Shown: positions 62,358 through 64,000 of the stretch, in pieces
Layout: the number at the start of each line of letters is the position of its first letter
Position numbering within the stretch: the stretch's first letter is position 1
NCBI GenBank assembly: GCA_013239625.1
Contig: MU057202.1
Span: 3,919,101-3,983,100, forward strand
Reading direction: 5' to 3'
DNA length: 64,000 nt
Origin: Lama guanicoe
Lineage: Eukaryota
The notes under the pieces: generated by a model
What the model was told of the DNA's origin: nothing
Seen by the model: only the letters and a program-made list of their open reading frames with translations
Databases searched by the model: none
Translations under genes and position numbers: made by a program

Positions 62358-63675
62358 CAAGTGTACGACTGTGGCTGCCTGACTGAGGCAGGAGGGAGGG
62401 GTGGGGAGAACTCTCCGGCACCCTGTGGAGGCAGGACGGCCCCTAAAGGTGCCCCTCGTTCCCGGAACCTGCGCCTGTGCTGCGCCACCTGGCCCACGAG
62501 ACCAGGGTGGGCCCATTGAATAGTCCACGCCCTTAAGTGAGAACTTCCTCCGGCCGGGGATGCGGGGCTGTGTGAGGGCTCCACACAGGCTAGGCAGGGC
62601 AGTGCGGCCTCAGGCGGAGCCTGTGGGGCCCCGGGAGGGCCAGCCACCCACCTGGACCTTGACCTGAGGACCGGCTTGGTCTTGCCACCTCAGCGATTGT
62701 GGTCATTCTTCGAGGGAGGGAGAAACTCCCACGCGTACTGTTTAAAACCGTCTTGATCATTGAACTCTGTGAGTATGTTACCCTTTCAAAACAAAAGAGG
62801 CAAACGCAAAAATCAAAATTAAAGAGGGCAGCCCTGCAGTGGGCAGTTTTGTTCCAAGGAGGAGAAGCGGGGGTTTTAAATGTTTACGCTCAACATTGAA
62901 CGCACCCTAAACACAAGACCATACCTGTGCTGACCAAACATTTAAGGAGCATTTATACAAAGTATTTATTTACACAGCTCAGCAGGGGAGTGATCGGCCC
63001 TGAGAGCCTGCGGAAAGGGGTAAGATGGCCTCTTTTAGTTCTGCCTGACGCCCCTGGAAACGAACAGCCCTCCGTAAAGCCACAAGCCCAGGTACGTGAA
63101 TGTGTTCCCTCGATCTAGGGTCCCTGCGAAGGCCTCTGCCGCTCCCAGGCACCCCCACAGCCTGAGCCCCCGCTCACCACACAGTGCTCCTCCTGGCTGC
63201 CCCGCCGTGGACACCACCGCTCCCCGACGCAGGCCGGCCAGTGGCCCCGAGCTGGAAGCTGCATCTGGCGCCAGATCACAGAGGGGGCCTCCCAACGCCC
63301 CACCCCCAGCCTCCTGAGTGTGGACTCTGCCCAGGAGGAGAGGGAGGGGAGGGATAGACCCCCACCCCACTGGACGAAGAGTCTGTAGCCTCTTCTTAAG
63401 GATGATTAACTAGATGGCACCTGGGGATCCAGCGTTGCTCTCCTGATACAAAGTGCAGTGCGGGGGGTGGGGGGCTCTTGGCGCTGGCTTCTCTATTGGT
63501 CTCAGGAACAGAATTCTGAAACCATGACTTTTCCTAATTAAAAAAATGTATTTATTGTAGGTAGTGAGTGTGGTAAACGCACATGGTGCAAACATACAGG
63601 AGTCATGGGAAGCTGTGATGGCCCCCCGGCCCTGCAGACGTCTGCTTGTCGGTGTACAGAGAGCCTCCCCATTTC

Positions 63676-63789
63676 TTTTTGGGGGGGGAGGTAATTAGGT
63701 TCATGTATTTATGTATGTATTTTTAGTGGACGTGCAGGACCCTGTGCCCGCTAAGCGCGCGTGCTACCACTGGGCTCTGCCCTCACCCC
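63676..63789 (-). mobile_element. tRNA-derived SINE
   Basis: GGGGAGGTAATTAGGTT...GCTACCACTGGGCTCTGCCCTCACCCC. Confidence 0.8.
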
Positions 63790-64000
63790 ACTTCTTAACA
63801 GCTGCAGCGAACACCTCAGTTTGTAGGCTCCTCGCCCAGGTGGGCTCGAGCGGGGACTCCTGGGGCAGAGAGGCGTCCTCGTGTGTGTGCGCTGTGTCTG
63901 TGGGGCCATTTCCCAGAGGGGGCGACCTCGCTCAAAGGGCAGATGCAGGTTTGATTTTCACTGACTTTTGAAGTTTACCGCTCAGGCTGGTCCCAGAACG

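Noticed and set aside
55000-64000. DPEP1 exons expected by synteny
   Set aside because: No dipeptidase coding sequence recognised, and a non-coding first exon cannot be supported from sequence alone.

Overview
Mammalian genomic DNA, GC-rich, with the gene order SPG7 - RPL13 (hosting SNORD68) - CPNE7, matching human 16q24.3. DPEP1 would be expected just beyond the right end. The tRNA-derived SINE family present (GGGGAGGGTATAGCTCAAGTGGTAGAGCGCATG...AATAAATAAA...CTAATTACCTCCCC) points to a camelid; this is recall, not a search result. SPG7 (17 coding exons, 2409 nt, 802 aa) and RPL13 (5 coding exons, 636 nt, 211 aa) reconstruct by hand as intact ORFs with GT-AG introns. CPNE7 has all 15 recognisable coding exons but carries at least four frameshifts, a destroyed acceptor, two damaged donors and substitutions at conserved metal-binding residues, so it looks like a unitary pseudogene. 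Other notable structure: a 209-bp, 98.6% identical inverted duplication in SPG7 intron 3; a coding GGGGCC repeat in the SPG7 targeting peptide; a G-rich minisatellite spanning a 608-N assembly gap; an exact 28-bp dispersed duplication; and CTCF and ZNF143 motifs. Almost all entries of the ORF track are chance ORFs in GC-rich DNA. I found no novel multi-gene system. Comparisons with human proteins are from memory and need alignment.
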